Positions 1 to 10,320 of a DNA stretch of 64,000 nucleotides are shown here, piece after piece. The position numbers were made by a program, and so were the translations under genes. The notes under the pieces are model-generated. The model ran no database searches. It was not told where the DNA came from and saw only the letters and a list, made by a program, of their open reading frames with translations. The stretch is from Candidatus Heimdallarchaeota archaeon (GTDB lineage Archaea > Asgardarchaeota > Heimdallarchaeia > Hodarchaeales > Hodarchaeaceae), in the NCBI GenBank assembly GCA_011364965.1, contig RDOB01000002.1, forward strand, positions 403,317 to 467,316, written 5' to 3'. Position 1 is the stretch's first letter, and each line of letters starts with the position of its first letter.

Positions 1-243
1 TACATATCTATAGTGTTTTGGTAATAACCAAGTTGAAAGAATGGGCCAAGAAACTATAACAACAAAAAATGAAAACCATTCCATTAAAATAAAAGCAAAA
101 ATAGCAATTAAGAGAGAGAACAGAGCGATGTCTTTTAAAAATCCAGAAGTATCCTGTAAATGACAAGTGTAAATCGTGCTCTTATCCGTTTCTGAATAGA
201 ATGTTCCTTCTACAAGTACTTGGTCTTTACGGATAGCCAACTT
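1..243 (-). CDS. Partial hypothetical membrane protein. The 5' end lies in the window and the gene runs off the window start.
   Basis: The minus-strand frame is open from about 243 to position 1 (..LAIRKDQVLVEGTFYSETDKSTIYTCHLQDTSGFLKDIALFSLLIAIFAFILMEWFSFFVVIVSWPILSTWLL..). It contains a hydrophobic helix. The start codon is uncertain (TTG near 243). The ORF is not in the supplied track. Confidence 0.3.
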
Positions 244-379
244 TGATCCTCTGTTTGTAAAAATTAAATTGCTGCTATATAGGTAATTAATTGATATTTT
301 TAAATTAATTGGGAATTTTGAATTAATTGGGTAAAAACCACTCCGTTCAGATTTTAATTTATCCATATATGGTGACAAT

Positions 380-1771
380 ATGAATAATGCTCTTTCAATG
401 TTTTTTCAACCTTCTTCCATTGCAATAGTAGGAGTTAGCAGAAACCCAAACAAGGCTGGATATGGTATCCTGAAAAACGTGATTCAAACTTTTCCATTCA
501 AAGATCGTATTTATCCAATTAATCCTTCAGCTAATAAAATACTTAACCTTACAGTTTATGCTTCACTTCTAGAAATTCCTGGATCTATTGACCTAGTAAT
601 ATTTTTTGTGGTTCCAAAAGACATTCCTGAGCTTCTCATACAATGTTCCCAAAAAGGGGTAAGGGGGGTGATCATTGAAAGCGCAGGTTTTGCTGAAGTG
701 GGTCAGGAGGGAAGATTAATACAGGAGAGAGTCCAAAAATTAGGTCAGAAGTTCAATATACGAATATGGGGCGGTAATTGCATGGGAACAGTGACTGATG
801 AGCTTATTACTACTTTTGAACCCATTCCTAATGAAATTCGCTTAAAAGGATCACTCAGTTTAGTTGGTCAATCAGGTTATTTCTCTGGGGCTGTTGTGCT
901 TCAGTGCTTTACAGAAAGATATTTAGGCATACGGAAGGCCTGTTCGATCGGGAACCGAATAGATATAGATGAATGTGATTTATTGAGAGATTTCCTGGAG
1001 GATGAAAAAACAAAAGTGGCAGCTTTTTATCTAGAGGGATTAAAACGACCAAGAGAATTTATTAATATAGCTAAATCTTCTAAAAAGCCAATAATATGCT
1101 TATTAGGAGGCCAATCAAGAGTTGGAAGGCAAGCTGCACTAAGTCACACTTCATCAACAACAAGTGGTTCGCCAGAGTTATTATCAGGTTTACTTAAACA
1201 AGCTGGAATAATTCAAGTTCAAGATTTTGGAGAGTTTTTTAATATTATTGAATCATTTGTTAAGCTTCCTATTCCCACGAGCAATAAATTGGCAATTATT
1301 ACTATAACTGGAGCTGGTGGAGTGATTGCTTCTGACATTGTAGCTCAAACTTTTCTTGAAATTCCTGAATTATCCGCTGCAACTGAATTAGCGCTTAAAG
1401 CAATTTTTCCTCCTTGGATGCCCCCCAAAAATCCCGTGGATTCTTGGCCTGCATTTGAACTTCATGGATTGGACACAGCGCTAAGAAAAATATTTCCAAT
1501 TCTTCTTGGGGATGAAAAAATTAATGCAATCATCTTGATGATCGCGTGTATGTCTGTAGCTGCTAGTTTCGATCCTGAAATTATTTCTAGTCTCAAGGGA
1601 TATAAGAAACCAATAATAACGTATTTTGTAGGAAACAAAATGGTAAAAAGTCAATGGACAGACATAATTCGAAGAGATGGGGGAGTAGTTTTTGATGATA
1701 TCAATACTTGTGTTAAATCTATTGAATTCCTTTATTTATGGAATAAATTTCAAAATAGAGAGGTATTTTAA
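380..1771 (+). CDS. CoA-binding protein of the ADP-forming acyl-CoA synthetase (ACD) alpha type
   Basis: N-terminal CoA-binding motif SIAIVGVSRNPNKAGYGILKNV. Phosphohistidine-loop-like AALSHTSSTTSGS. The length (463 aa) is typical of ACD alpha subunits. Confidence 0.7.
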   Translation: MNNALSMFFQPSSIAIVGVSRNPNKAGYGILKNVIQTFPFKDRIYPINPSANKILNLTVYASLLEIPGSIDLVIFFVVPKDIPELLIQCSQKGVRGVIIESAGFAEVGQEGRLIQERVQKLGQKFNIRIWGGNCMGTVTDELITTFEPIPNEIRLKGSLSLVGQSGYFSGAVVLQCFTERYLGIRKACSIGNRIDIDECDLLRDFLEDEKTKVAAFYLEGLKRPREFINIAKSSKKPIICLLGGQSRVGRQAALSHTSSTTSGSPELLSGLLKQAGIIQVQDFGEFFNIIESFVKLPIPTSNKLAIITITGAGGVIASDIVAQTFLEIPELSAATELALKAIFPPWMPPKNPVDSWPAFELHGLDTALRKIFPILLGDEKINAIILMIACMSVAASFDPEIISSLKGYKKPIITYFVGNKMVKSQWTDIIRRDGGVVFDDINTCVKSIEFLYLWNKFQNREVF

Positions 1772-2374
1772 TTGCAGATAATCTTCATACGCCATGGAGA
1801 AAGCGAAGCAAATGCACAAAAGGTATTGCAAGGACACATGGATTCACCGCTTTCAGAAATAGGACGTTCACAAGCTAAAGCCTTAGCTCCAAGAATTCAA
1901 ATTAGGAGATTTGATTATATTTATTCATCTGATCTTTCAAGAGCAGCAGAAACAGCTAAAATTATTTGTGATCCTTCAGAGGCAAGTAAAATCATATATA
2001 CACCGCTTCTCAGGGAGATGGCTCTTGGAGAATTTGAGGGAAAAGCCATAGAGCTAATGGAAGACAAAGAACGCGAATACTTCCAAAGTTTCTTTAATGA
2101 AACATCGCAACCTATTCCAAATGGAGAGAGTGTAGAACAATTTATGCACAGATTAAAGAAATTTTTAAGAACTATAGATGAATTAAATCCGCCTCCTCAA
2201 CATATTTTAGTCGTTGCTCATGGAGGTGTTATCTTTACTATTCTTAAACGAATTATGAAAATTCTTCCTGATTTTCAAAATGATGAATGGTTTGAGAATT
2301 GTAGGATAAATGAAATTCAAAAAATTGAAAACGGAAACTGGATTGTTAAATCAATAAATGGACGGATCATTTGA
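1772..2374 (+). CDS. Histidine phosphatase family protein (phosphoglycerate-mutase-like)
   Basis: Catalytic RHGE motif (IFIRHGESEAN) and a second His motif (VVAHGGVI). TTG start directly abutting the upstream stop codon. Confidence 0.75.
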   Translation: MQIIFIRHGESEANAQKVLQGHMDSPLSEIGRSQAKALAPRIQIRRFDYIYSSDLSRAAETAKIICDPSEASKIIYTPLLREMALGEFEGKAIELMEDKEREYFQSFFNETSQPIPNGESVEQFMHRLKKFLRTIDELNPPPQHILVVAHGGVIFTILKRIMKILPDFQNDEWFENCRINEIQKIENGNWIVKSINGRII

Positions 2375-2375
2375 T

Positions 2376-2966
2376 TTATTTCATAAGTATCCTTCGTAAT
2401 TCTTCAACATAGCTACTATATTGGGGGTCAATTTGAACAAGAAACATTCCTAAAACACGTCTCATTACTTCAAATTGATGATCATAAGCTTTTGGAAATT
2501 CATTTCTATCTCCGATAAGTTCTCCGAGGTACTTACTCAAATTAATTGATAGTTTTCCTATTAATTCTTTTGCTCTTTTTTCTTCTTCTTCATTAGCAGG
2601 TATAAATCCTAGATCAGAAAAGTAGTCTAGTAGAACTGGGATTCTAACATTGAGGAGTGAACTTTCATCTTCTGATGCAATTAAACTCTCTGCCTCCTCA
2701 CTTAGCAAGAAAAAGGCATCAGTCATCTCTGCGGAATATTCTTTAACAATATATTTTTGCTTCCCCTTTTGTACATCGTGCTCTTTGACAAATCCTGTAT
2801 CTATTAATTTCTTGAGGTGTCGATATACTGTTGAAACATTTTTATCAACTTCTTTTGCTATATTCTCCGCAGTTAATGCTCCTTTATCCTTTAAAAGATT
2901 CCATATCTCCCATCTTGACGCTTCAACTAGCTGTGAGACTCTTTGAGGGTCACGAATGATTTTCAA
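2376..2966 (-). CDS. ArsR-like winged-helix transcriptional regulator with a C-terminal extension
   Basis: HTH segment LTAENIAKEVDKNVSTVYRHLKKLIDTGFV near the N-terminus. Confidence 0.6.
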   Translation of the reverse strand: MKIIRDPQRVSQLVEASRWEIWNLLKDKGALTAENIAKEVDKNVSTVYRHLKKLIDTGFVKEHDVQKGKQKYIVKEYSAEMTDAFFLLSEEAESLIASEDESSLLNVRIPVLLDYFSDLGFIPANEEEEKRAKELIGKLSINLSKYLGELIGDRNEFPKAYDHQFEVMRRVLGMFLVQIDPQYSSYVEELRRILMK

Positions 2967-3091
2967 ATTAACTTCCCTTGGAAAGTGTTTGGAAATAAAA
3001 CTAGTTTAGTTTTATTGAAACCACTAGCTTTAATTCCGCTTTTGAGACACTATTTTTTATTTTTATCATCAATTACTAAAGATTTTTCTTT

Positions 3092-3961
3092 TCATTTTAA
3101 ATGTTTAGCAAGGATTGTTTCTTCGTCAGTTTTCTTAAATCCCCAAGATCTGTACATTTGATTATGAACAGGGCTATCAGCATAAGTTGAGAGTAAAACA
3201 CAATTAACAGCATACTTTTCGAACCATTCAAAGGCCTTTTTCGTAAGGGTTGTTCCTATATGTCTTCTTTGATATTCTGGTAACGTTGCTATTCTCACAT
3301 AGTTACCTGTTTTTCCATCCTCCGAGATTGTGTTATAATTATATCCTACTATATGACCTTCAAGAAATGCTACAAAAAGGCTTCGATTTCCCGATCTAAT
3401 GATATTTATAAATTCTTGTCTTCGATATCGCCAATAATGGGAGAAACAAATATTTTCAATTTCTATAAGTTCATTAACATCATCTTCTTCTGCAATACGA
3501 ACGTAAATTTCCAGATTCTCTTTAAAATCAAATCTTGAACTCTTTTTCACATAATTATTGATTCTTGTGATTAAATCATAATCCTTTTTCAAAAAAAAAT
3601 TTATTGAATCATAATTCTCTTGATGAATTCTGACTGATAAATATTCTAAATGGGGCGTGCTATGTAAGAGTTCTGCTTCAATTTCAGTAAGAAGCCGCGT
3701 ACCTATATTCTGATATCGAAATTCGGGTTCAATATAAATACTATGAAGACGAGCTTTGTTAGAATTTTTTTCCACTCCTATTGTGAAACCAATAATCCTT
3801 TTATTAAAAATTGCTATCTTAACCATATATGGTTTAAATTTTATATATTCCTGGAAATTTTTTTCTTGTTTTTGAGAATCAAATGCTCCCCATATAGATT
3901 TATAAAGTGTTAGGAAGGATTCTTGTTCTCTAGTTAAAATAGATCTAATATGTATGATCAT
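3092..3961 (-). CDS. Tandem (two-domain) GNAT N-acetyltransferase
   Basis: Two acetyl-CoA-binding-type segments, QNIGTRLLTEIEAEL and RRHIGTTLTKKAFEWFEK, sit about 150 aa apart. Confidence 0.65.
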   Translation of the reverse strand: MIIHIRSILTREQESFLTLYKSIWGAFDSQKQEKNFQEYIKFKPYMVKIAIFNKRIIGFTIGVEKNSNKARLHSIYIEPEFRYQNIGTRLLTEIEAELLHSTPHLEYLSVRIHQENYDSINFFLKKDYDLITRINNYVKKSSRFDFKENLEIYVRIAEEDDVNELIEIENICFSHYWRYRRQEFINIIRSGNRSLFVAFLEGHIVGYNYNTISEDGKTGNYVRIATLPEYQRRHIGTTLTKKAFEWFEKYAVNCVLLSTYADSPVHNQMYRSWGFKKTDEETILAKHLK

Positions 3962-4100
3962 TACTTACTCCAACCTCTGATTAATAGAAGGATTTATGAA
4001 TTTTCTTTCTTCCTACAAAATCAAAGTGTGAGGTGAGGAAGTCATTACTCCTCATAGCCAGTTACTAAAATTTGATGAAACTACTCAAATTAATAGCATA

Positions 4101-5105
4101 GTGTTACCACATTCAGGTAATATTGTCAGCTATAGGCTTTTGATACGTAAAGATCCAATTACTGGCCAATCTGTAGTAATTTCATCAAGCTTATCAGAAA
4201 AGATGGATTTATTCATTAGAAAAACTGATTGGAAATTAGTAGAATCTCTTATGTATTCTTCTGCGAAAAAATGTCCTTTTTGTATAAAGAACTTGACATT
4301 AGAGGCCCCTAAATTTCCAAGGAATTTGGGAATTCCAGAACCATTAAGTAAGGGTGAAGCAATTGTAATTCCAAATTTATATCCTCAATGGGAACATCAT
4401 GCGGTTGTGATTCTCACCAAAGATCATTTCATTCTTCCAAATCAAATTACTGGACAACATCTTAGAGATGGTTTAGTTTGTTCATTAAAATATTTTAAAT
4501 CCATACATCAAAATTTTCCAGAGAGTTATTTTGCAAGTATAAATCTAAATTATCTTCATCCAGCTGGTGCTACCCTGCCTCATCCACATTTACAATTACT
4601 AGTAAGTTCTATACCAACAAACCACCAAAAATTATTATTGAAAAGAGAAATAAAATTTTCTGAAAAATATAGAAAAAGAATCTGGGAGGAATTGGTTTTT
4701 GAGGAACAAAAACGAAATCAAAGATATTTAGGAAATTCTTCTGGAGTACATTGGATTTTACCTTATTCTCCTCTTGGAGATTATGAAATTAGAGCAATCT
4801 TTCCGACTTCGAATTTTTTAGACCTTAAAGAGGAAGAAATTGAAACTTTCTGTTATATCGTGTCTAATATTATTAGTAAATATCAGAAATTAGGAATTTC
4901 TAGTTTCAATTTTTCTCTAATAGGTTATTTATGCACCAAATTTGAGAAATCCTCTAATATCACATTCTCAATTGTTCCTCGTCAGAATATTTATGAAAAT
5001 TATCGAAATGACATAAATTTTCTAGGTTTTCTTCAAAATACGCGATTTTTGATTTACAGCCCAGAAGATTATTTCTGTATTTTTCAAACAATATTTGAAT
5101 CCTGA
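4101..5105 (+). CDS. GalT-family (HIT superfamily) hexose-1-phosphate nucleotidyltransferase-like protein
   Basis: RKDPITGQSVVISS, Zn-site CPFC, VIPNLYPQ, and the active-site His-Pro-His-x-Gln motif LPHPHLQLL. GTG start. Confidence 0.65.
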   Translation: MLPHSGNIVSYRLLIRKDPITGQSVVISSSLSEKMDLFIRKTDWKLVESLMYSSAKKCPFCIKNLTLEAPKFPRNLGIPEPLSKGEAIVIPNLYPQWEHHAVVILTKDHFILPNQITGQHLRDGLVCSLKYFKSIHQNFPESYFASINLNYLHPAGATLPHPHLQLLVSSIPTNHQKLLLKREIKFSEKYRKRIWEELVFEEQKRNQRYLGNSSGVHWILPYSPLGDYEIRAIFPTSNFLDLKEEEIETFCYIVSNIISKYQKLGISSFNFSLIGYLCTKFEKSSNITFSIVPRQNIYENYRNDINFLGFLQNTRFLIYSPEDYFCIFQTIFES

Positions 5106-5191
5106 TAACAAGCGGGGTGTAATTACTGTCAAAATATGATCTTTTTAGCGAGGAAAATGCTCAGAAGATTTTACTTAAGTTTGTAAATGAT

Positions 5192-7414
5192 TTGGAAGTT
5201 TGTACTGAATTAATGGATCGTAATGTCCTTGAGGAGGAGCTAGGCTTTTTTTATGCACGAGTTCTAAATGATAATAGCATATCATGGAATGAGACAAGAA
5301 AAAAGTTACCCCAAGCAGCTGCATTTGTGATTTTGGTTCAAATTTTTTACTTCATTGCATTTGAAAAGAAAAAAAGTACGAAGGTTAATGTAAATAACGC
5401 CTCGATTTCTGATATCCAACACTGGTTTCAAACCATTTTAAATGTGGAATCAAATCCTATTTATCAGATCGATCTCATCAATAAGCTCCCTTCTAATTCT
5501 CAACCGATCTTGAACCAGATATTTAGAGAGTTAGAAACATGGGGTTCAAATATGATGGAAATTGATATTCTTGGAAAAATTTTTCATACTTTAATCCCGA
5601 AATCACTTCGTAAATATCTTTCAGCTTATTATTCATCTAATATTGTGAGCGATTTCATTTCTCATATTATTTTAGATGGGTTCGAAATAAAAAGAATATT
5701 AGATCCATCTTGTGGTTCTGGTACATTCCTAGTTTCAGCATATAAAAAATTAAAAAGTCTTAAATCTGAATTAAACCATCAGGAGATATTAAACCAGCTT
5801 TATGGTGTAGATGTTTCTATATTTGCTTCCCAATTAGCCAGTATCAATCTTGCTCTTCAAGATCCTTTATATTATTCCCCACAATATCATTTATACGTAA
5901 ATGACATATTCAAAATGAAAATAGGGGAAAAAAAGGGCAATTTCTTGCCTCTGATGGATGTATTGATGGGAAATCCTCCCTTTACTCGTGGAGATCGAAT
6001 TACTAGCGGATATAAAGATTTTTTGTATAATCATCTTAAAAAGCACGAAATCAATGTAAATTATAATAAAAAATATTTGGGATTCTATGGATATTTCTTA
6101 TTGGATTCACTTCGATTTTTAAAACCTAATGGAACATTAGCCTACATTTTGCCCATTTCTATTATTAATTCTGCTACAATGAATCCAGTGTTAAACTACC
6201 TTCAACATAGGTTTACTTTTGAATATTTTATTACATCAGATGAAGAAATCGCGTTTTCTGAACAATCTCAGTTTAAAGAAGTGATAATGATAGCAAAAAA
6301 CACTCCTCCTACCAACTCATCTGTTACTAAATTTGTTGTTCTCAAATCCAAGTTAACAGAGGCAAATTATAAAAATCTAGCTTATTTCTTAATTAATAAC
6401 CAAGATATCGACAATCACCTTATTAGAGTCAAATCAATTGAAACTCCTCGCCTTTTAAACACTAAATCAGTCGATTGGACTCTATATTTCCATAGTTCCT
6501 CTTTTCTTAATCTTTATACTCAAATTAAACATAATAATATGTTTAAACCTGTATCCAGTTTTCTTAGCCATCCAAGAAGGGATGTTGATAGAGGAATACG
6601 AGTGGGGGTATCAAATTTCTTTTATTTACCAAATAAATATTGGATGATAACCAGAGAAGACGAAAAATCAATTGAAATCAGTTCTAAAGAAACAAAACTC
6701 AAATTAACACTTCCTAGATCAAATATTTCTCCAGTCTTGCGAAAATCATCTCTCTATCATACAATCAGACCAAAAATATCGGAATATATCCTTCTCTTTC
6801 CAGATGATACGCTTACAGACGATAGTATGAAGTACATTAAGTGGGGCCAAAAGAAATTTTCCAAAACAGATGGTTTTCATGCTCTCACATTTAACCAAAT
6901 ATCCCAAGGAAGGAAAATTGCTAGAGTAGCAATTATTCATAAGTTCAGCTTAAATTCAGGACGATTTTTAGCATTTTTTGTCAAAAATAAATGTGTTATA
7001 AGTGATAATTTCATATTTATAAGAACTGGAGATGTTTCTCACGATAAAGTTCTTGCTGCATATTTTAATAGCACGATTTTCCTAGCAACTTATTTAATTT
7101 TGCGTCGAGAGAAGATTTCGTCCTTAGGTCAAATCTTCGGGACGGATTTGAGGAATTTTTTTTGCTTAAATCCCAAATTATTGGCAAATAAGGATTCTAA
7201 AGTTCTCTGTGAGGCTTTTGATGAATTTAATAGGAAATCTGATCAATTCTTATCTTTAAAAGATCAAATCCGTGAACTCTCCCAAGGAAAATTTCTTTCA
7301 CGTTATCGTCTTGATTTTGCGTTGTGTCAGGTCTTGCAGATAAATGATATTGAAAATTTCATAAAGGAATTATATAAAACAATGCAAAACGAAATTTTCC
7401 GTCTTAAGATATAA
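5192..7414 (+). CDS. Gamma-class N6-adenine DNA methyltransferase (Eco57I/TaqI-like) with a C-terminal target-recognition region. No nuclease domain is seen.
   Basis: Motif X-like DILGKIFHTLIPKSLRKYLSAYYSS, motif I ILDPSCGSGTFLV, motif IV LMGNPPFTRGD. The start is ambiguous: TTG at 5192, ATG at 5213, and the frame is open from 5123. Confidence 0.8.
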   Translation: MEVCTELMDRNVLEEELGFFYARVLNDNSISWNETRKKLPQAAAFVILVQIFYFIAFEKKKSTKVNVNNASISDIQHWFQTILNVESNPIYQIDLINKLPSNSQPILNQIFRELETWGSNMMEIDILGKIFHTLIPKSLRKYLSAYYSSNIVSDFISHIILDGFEIKRILDPSCGSGTFLVSAYKKLKSLKSELNHQEILNQLYGVDVSIFASQLASINLALQDPLYYSPQYHLYVNDIFKMKIGEKKGNFLPLMDVLMGNPPFTRGDRITSGYKDFLYNHLKKHEINVNYNKKYLGFYGYFLLDSLRFLKPNGTLAYILPISIINSATMNPVLNYLQHRFTFEYFITSDEEIAFSEQSQFKEVIMIAKNTPPTNSSVTKFVVLKSKLTEANYKNLAYFLINNQDIDNHLIRVKSIETPRLLNTKSVDWTLYFHSSSFLNLYTQIKHNNMFKPVSSFLSHPRRDVDRGIRVGVSNFFYLPNKYWMITREDEKSIEISSKETKLKLTLPRSNISPVLRKSSLYHTIRPKISEYILLFPDDTLTDDSMKYIKWGQKKFSKTDGFHALTFNQISQGRKIARVAIIHKFSLNSGRFLAFFVKNKCVISDNFIFIRTGDVSHDKVLAAYFNSTIFLATYLILRREKISSLGQIFGTDLRNFFCLNPKLLANKDSKVLCEAFDEFNRKSDQFLSLKDQIRELSQGKFLSRYRLDFALCQVLQINDIENFIKELYKTMQNEIFRLKI

Positions 7415-7440
7415 GAAAATGGAAATATATCATTGGTGAT

Positions 7441-9522
7441 GTGTTGATACTTGAAAAAAGCTTCCCTCTAGAAAAAGTTCAAACTTTAACAAAAATTGAG
7501 TCTCAAAGGCGTCAATTCTACAGACCCATATACTCTTTACACAAATCTTGGGCAAGACGTCCTGGAACATTGTTTCGAGCAGTAGGATTAACTCATTTTT
7601 ACCCCTCACAACTTTTTTCTGGTGAAGATCTCAAAAAAAGTCCTTATTACCATAACCATTCGTTCAAAAATTCAATAGTTTTGGATCCTTTTGCAGGAGG
7701 AGGAACAACTCTTGTTGAATTCAATCGTTTAGGAATTAGAACAATTGGTATTGACACGAATCCTGTAGCTTGGTTTACGACCAAAAAAGAATTAGAATTT
7801 TTTGATTTAAATGAGTTTAATAACGAAGCTGACAGAATATTTTTTAAAATCGGAGAAAAAATACAATCATATTATAAAACAGATTGTCCTGCATGTGGTA
7901 ATAAGAATGCAGATATTATGTATACCTTTTGGGTGAGGAAAATTACTTGTCCTAGCTGTAATTCGAAACAGGATCTTTTCAAATACTATATTATCGGAAA
8001 AAAGCAACGACAGCACCAAAAAACTTGTTTAATATGTCCTAAATGCAACTTCCTTTTTTATTCTAAAAAACAATTAAACGGTGAAAGCATCTGTCCTAGT
8101 TGCTTAAAGCATTTTTATCCGTTGAAGGGGAATTGCAGGAAGAAGATTTTTATTTGTACATGCTGTGGTAATGAATTCAAATTACTAGACGTCTTAAAAA
8201 ATAGCTCTGAGGGCTTAAACCAAAAACAGATAGCAATTGAATACTTTTGTCCTTCATGCAGATCAAGGGACTATAAAAAGATATCAAAAACTGATTTAGA
8301 TTTGTATAAGAAAACTAAAGATGAATTTGAAGAATTAAAAGATGAACTTCTATATCCCAGAACCAAATTGCCAAGATCTGGAGTAAATATCAGGAATTTA
8401 ATAAATTATGGTTTCGAGTTCTTCGCTGACCTTTTCAATCCCCGACAATTGTTGTGTTTAAGCTTGCTTCTAAAAGAAATTTCCCAAATTACCTCTGAGA
8501 GGGTACAAGAATATTTTTTGCTTGCTTTTTCAAGTAGCTTAGAGTTTCATACCGTTTTATGTCCGTATAATTATACTATGAAGCAAATTGTGAATATATT
8601 TAATTATCAATCCTTTCTAGTACCTCTACTGTATGTTGAGAACAATGTTTGGGGAACTGAAAAAGGAAATGGGACTTTTAAAACATATCTTGATAGAATC
8701 CGGAAAGCGAAGAATTATTGTGTGAAACCTTTTGAGATTTTCTCTGAAAATGGTAAGATAACAAAGATCCCTATTCTTGGGGAACGGATTAATGCTGAAA
8801 TGGTTGAAGATTTTGCCTCTCTTAAAAGAAGTAGCACTCCTAGTTCTTATCTAATTTGTGGTTCCTCTATGCAATTAACATTATATGGTATTGAGTCTAA
8901 ATCAATAGATATCGTAGCAACTGACCCTCCATACTTTGATTTCATTCAATATTCTGAATTAGCTAATTTCTTTTATGTTTGGTTAAGAATTGTACTAGAG
9001 TCTCGCTATTCAGCCTTTAAAAGCGAGTTGATTTCTAGCTATGCTGAATTAGGTTCTGATAAAAAACCATCACAGTTTCTAGCTGGTTTAACTAATGTTT
9101 TTAAGGAATGTTATCGTGTATTGAAAGAAAAAGCCCCTCTAGTATTTACCTTTCATCATTCAAGCGATTCTGCGTGGGGGATAATTTTACAGTCTATATT
9201 TCTTAGTAATTTTGTCGTAACAGCTGCTTATCCTATACACAGTGAATTTAAAGCAAGACCCACAACAGGAAGAAATTACGATATACTACTTATTTGTAGG
9301 AAGAGAGAGAGTTTAATCAAAATAAATACCGTAAGTTGGAAGGAAATTAAAGAAAAAGTAAAGAAAGAAGTTCAAATTGTTCAAAACTGTAAAAACAAAG
9401 AAACTTATAAATGGGAGGAGACCTTTAGTAATATTATCCCGCTAATTTCCAGTTCATTAACACCTGAATTATTATCTGATCTAAATAGTGATTTAAAAGA
9501 AGTTTTTTCACTTTTACAATAA
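7441..9522 (+). CDS. DUF1156-type DNA methyltransferase with a Zn-ribbon-rich insert (paralogue A)
   Basis: N-terminal LHKSWARRPGTLFRAV (DUF1156 signature), motif I LDPFAGGGTTLVE, six CxxC pairs (CPAC, CPSC, CLICPKC, CPSC, CTCC, CPSC), motif IV VATDPPYFDFIQYSEL. Confidence 0.75.
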   Translation: MLILEKSFPLEKVQTLTKIESQRRQFYRPIYSLHKSWARRPGTLFRAVGLTHFYPSQLFSGEDLKKSPYYHNHSFKNSIVLDPFAGGGTTLVEFNRLGIRTIGIDTNPVAWFTTKKELEFFDLNEFNNEADRIFFKIGEKIQSYYKTDCPACGNKNADIMYTFWVRKITCPSCNSKQDLFKYYIIGKKQRQHQKTCLICPKCNFLFYSKKQLNGESICPSCLKHFYPLKGNCRKKIFICTCCGNEFKLLDVLKNSSEGLNQKQIAIEYFCPSCRSRDYKKISKTDLDLYKKTKDEFEELKDELLYPRTKLPRSGVNIRNLINYGFEFFADLFNPRQLLCLSLLLKEISQITSERVQEYFLLAFSSSLEFHTVLCPYNYTMKQIVNIFNYQSFLVPLLYVENNVWGTEKGNGTFKTYLDRIRKAKNYCVKPFEIFSENGKITKIPILGERINAEMVEDFASLKRSSTPSSYLICGSSMQLTLYGIESKSIDIVATDPPYFDFIQYSELANFFYVWLRIVLESRYSAFKSELISSYAELGSDKKPSQFLAGLTNVFKECYRVLKEKAPLVFTFHHSSDSAWGIILQSIFLSNFVVTAAYPIHSEFKARPTTGRNYDILLICRKRESLIKINTVSWKEIKEKVKKEVQIVQNCKNKETYKWEETFSNIIPLISSSLTPELLSDLNSDLKEVFSLLQ

Positions 9523-9636
9523 AAATAAGTCAATAAAGGTCTATTCACCAACTTTTTTTCTTTATTTGAATATAAAAACCTGAAACTTAAAAAGGTGAAG
9601 AGAAGGATTATTGGATGAACAAAAACTAGATTCAAG

Positions 9637-10299
9637 ATGATTATGATGCCTGGAGAATTCTTTGGGAAAATTTTAATGGAAAAAAATATACATAAACGAG
9701 GAACCCAGTTATTTCTTAAGATTGTAGAGTTAACAGAAGTATGTTTTGAGAAATATGAAGACGCAGTAAAAGCTTGGAGAAATGGGGAATATGAGAAAGG
9801 TTTAGCATTAAGAGATGAAATAATTAAGATAGAACAGGAAGCAGATGAAATCAAAGACACCTTTTTTGAAACAATTTTCACAAAAAAAGCTTATCTTCCT
9901 CAAATCACCGAAGAAAGATATCAATTAATGCTGAACGCTGATCATGTAATGGATAGAATCGAGCGAGCTGTTAGAACGCTATGTTTGAAAAAAATTGATA
10001 GTAGTTATTTTCCTGCTGAATTTGATAAGCTTTTAGATAAAACAGAAGATGTTATGGATTTATTTGTAAAAGCAAATGAGTATTTTTTCGATGATTATGA
10101 GAAATCAGCAAATGCTGCTCAGAAATTAGAAAAACTTCGCGATGAAGTTCGGGATCTATATTATTTAATACAAGAAAAATTAGTTAACGATGAATTACCT
10201 CGTGGAACAGAAAGAGTGTTAAATGTAACTACTCGGATAAGCATAACAGCTGAGGAAGCCACCGACTATTTAAAAGTACTTATAGCAAAGCATAGTTAG
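9637..10299 (+). CDS. PhoU-like / DUF47 phosphate-transport regulator family protein
   Basis: All-helical 220-aa protein. It sits 21 nt upstream of a PiT transporter, which is the conserved pairing for this family. Confidence 0.6.
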   Translation: MIMMPGEFFGKILMEKNIHKRGTQLFLKIVELTEVCFEKYEDAVKAWRNGEYEKGLALRDEIIKIEQEADEIKDTFFETIFTKKAYLPQITEERYQLMLNADHVMDRIERAVRTLCLKKIDSSYFPAEFDKLLDKTEDVMDLFVKANEYFFDDYEKSANAAQKLEKLRDEVRDLYYLIQEKLVNDELPRGTERVLNVTTRISITAEEATDYLKVLIAKHS

Positions 10300-10320
10300 T
10301 CTGTTTCGAGGCGTTAGATT

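Noticed and set aside
2650-3538. Track ORFs 2650..2946(+), 2943..3161(+) and 3353..3538(+)
   Set aside because: They lie antisense to, or overlap, the well-supported ArsR-like and GNAT genes. Their translations are low-complexity and lack motifs.
9405-9881. 158-aa minus-strand ORF spanning the end of DUF1156-A and the start of the PhoU-like gene
   Set aside because: It overlaps two motif-supported plus-strand genes. Its composition (Ser/Ile/Phe/Lys-rich) is typical of antisense frames in AT-rich DNA.
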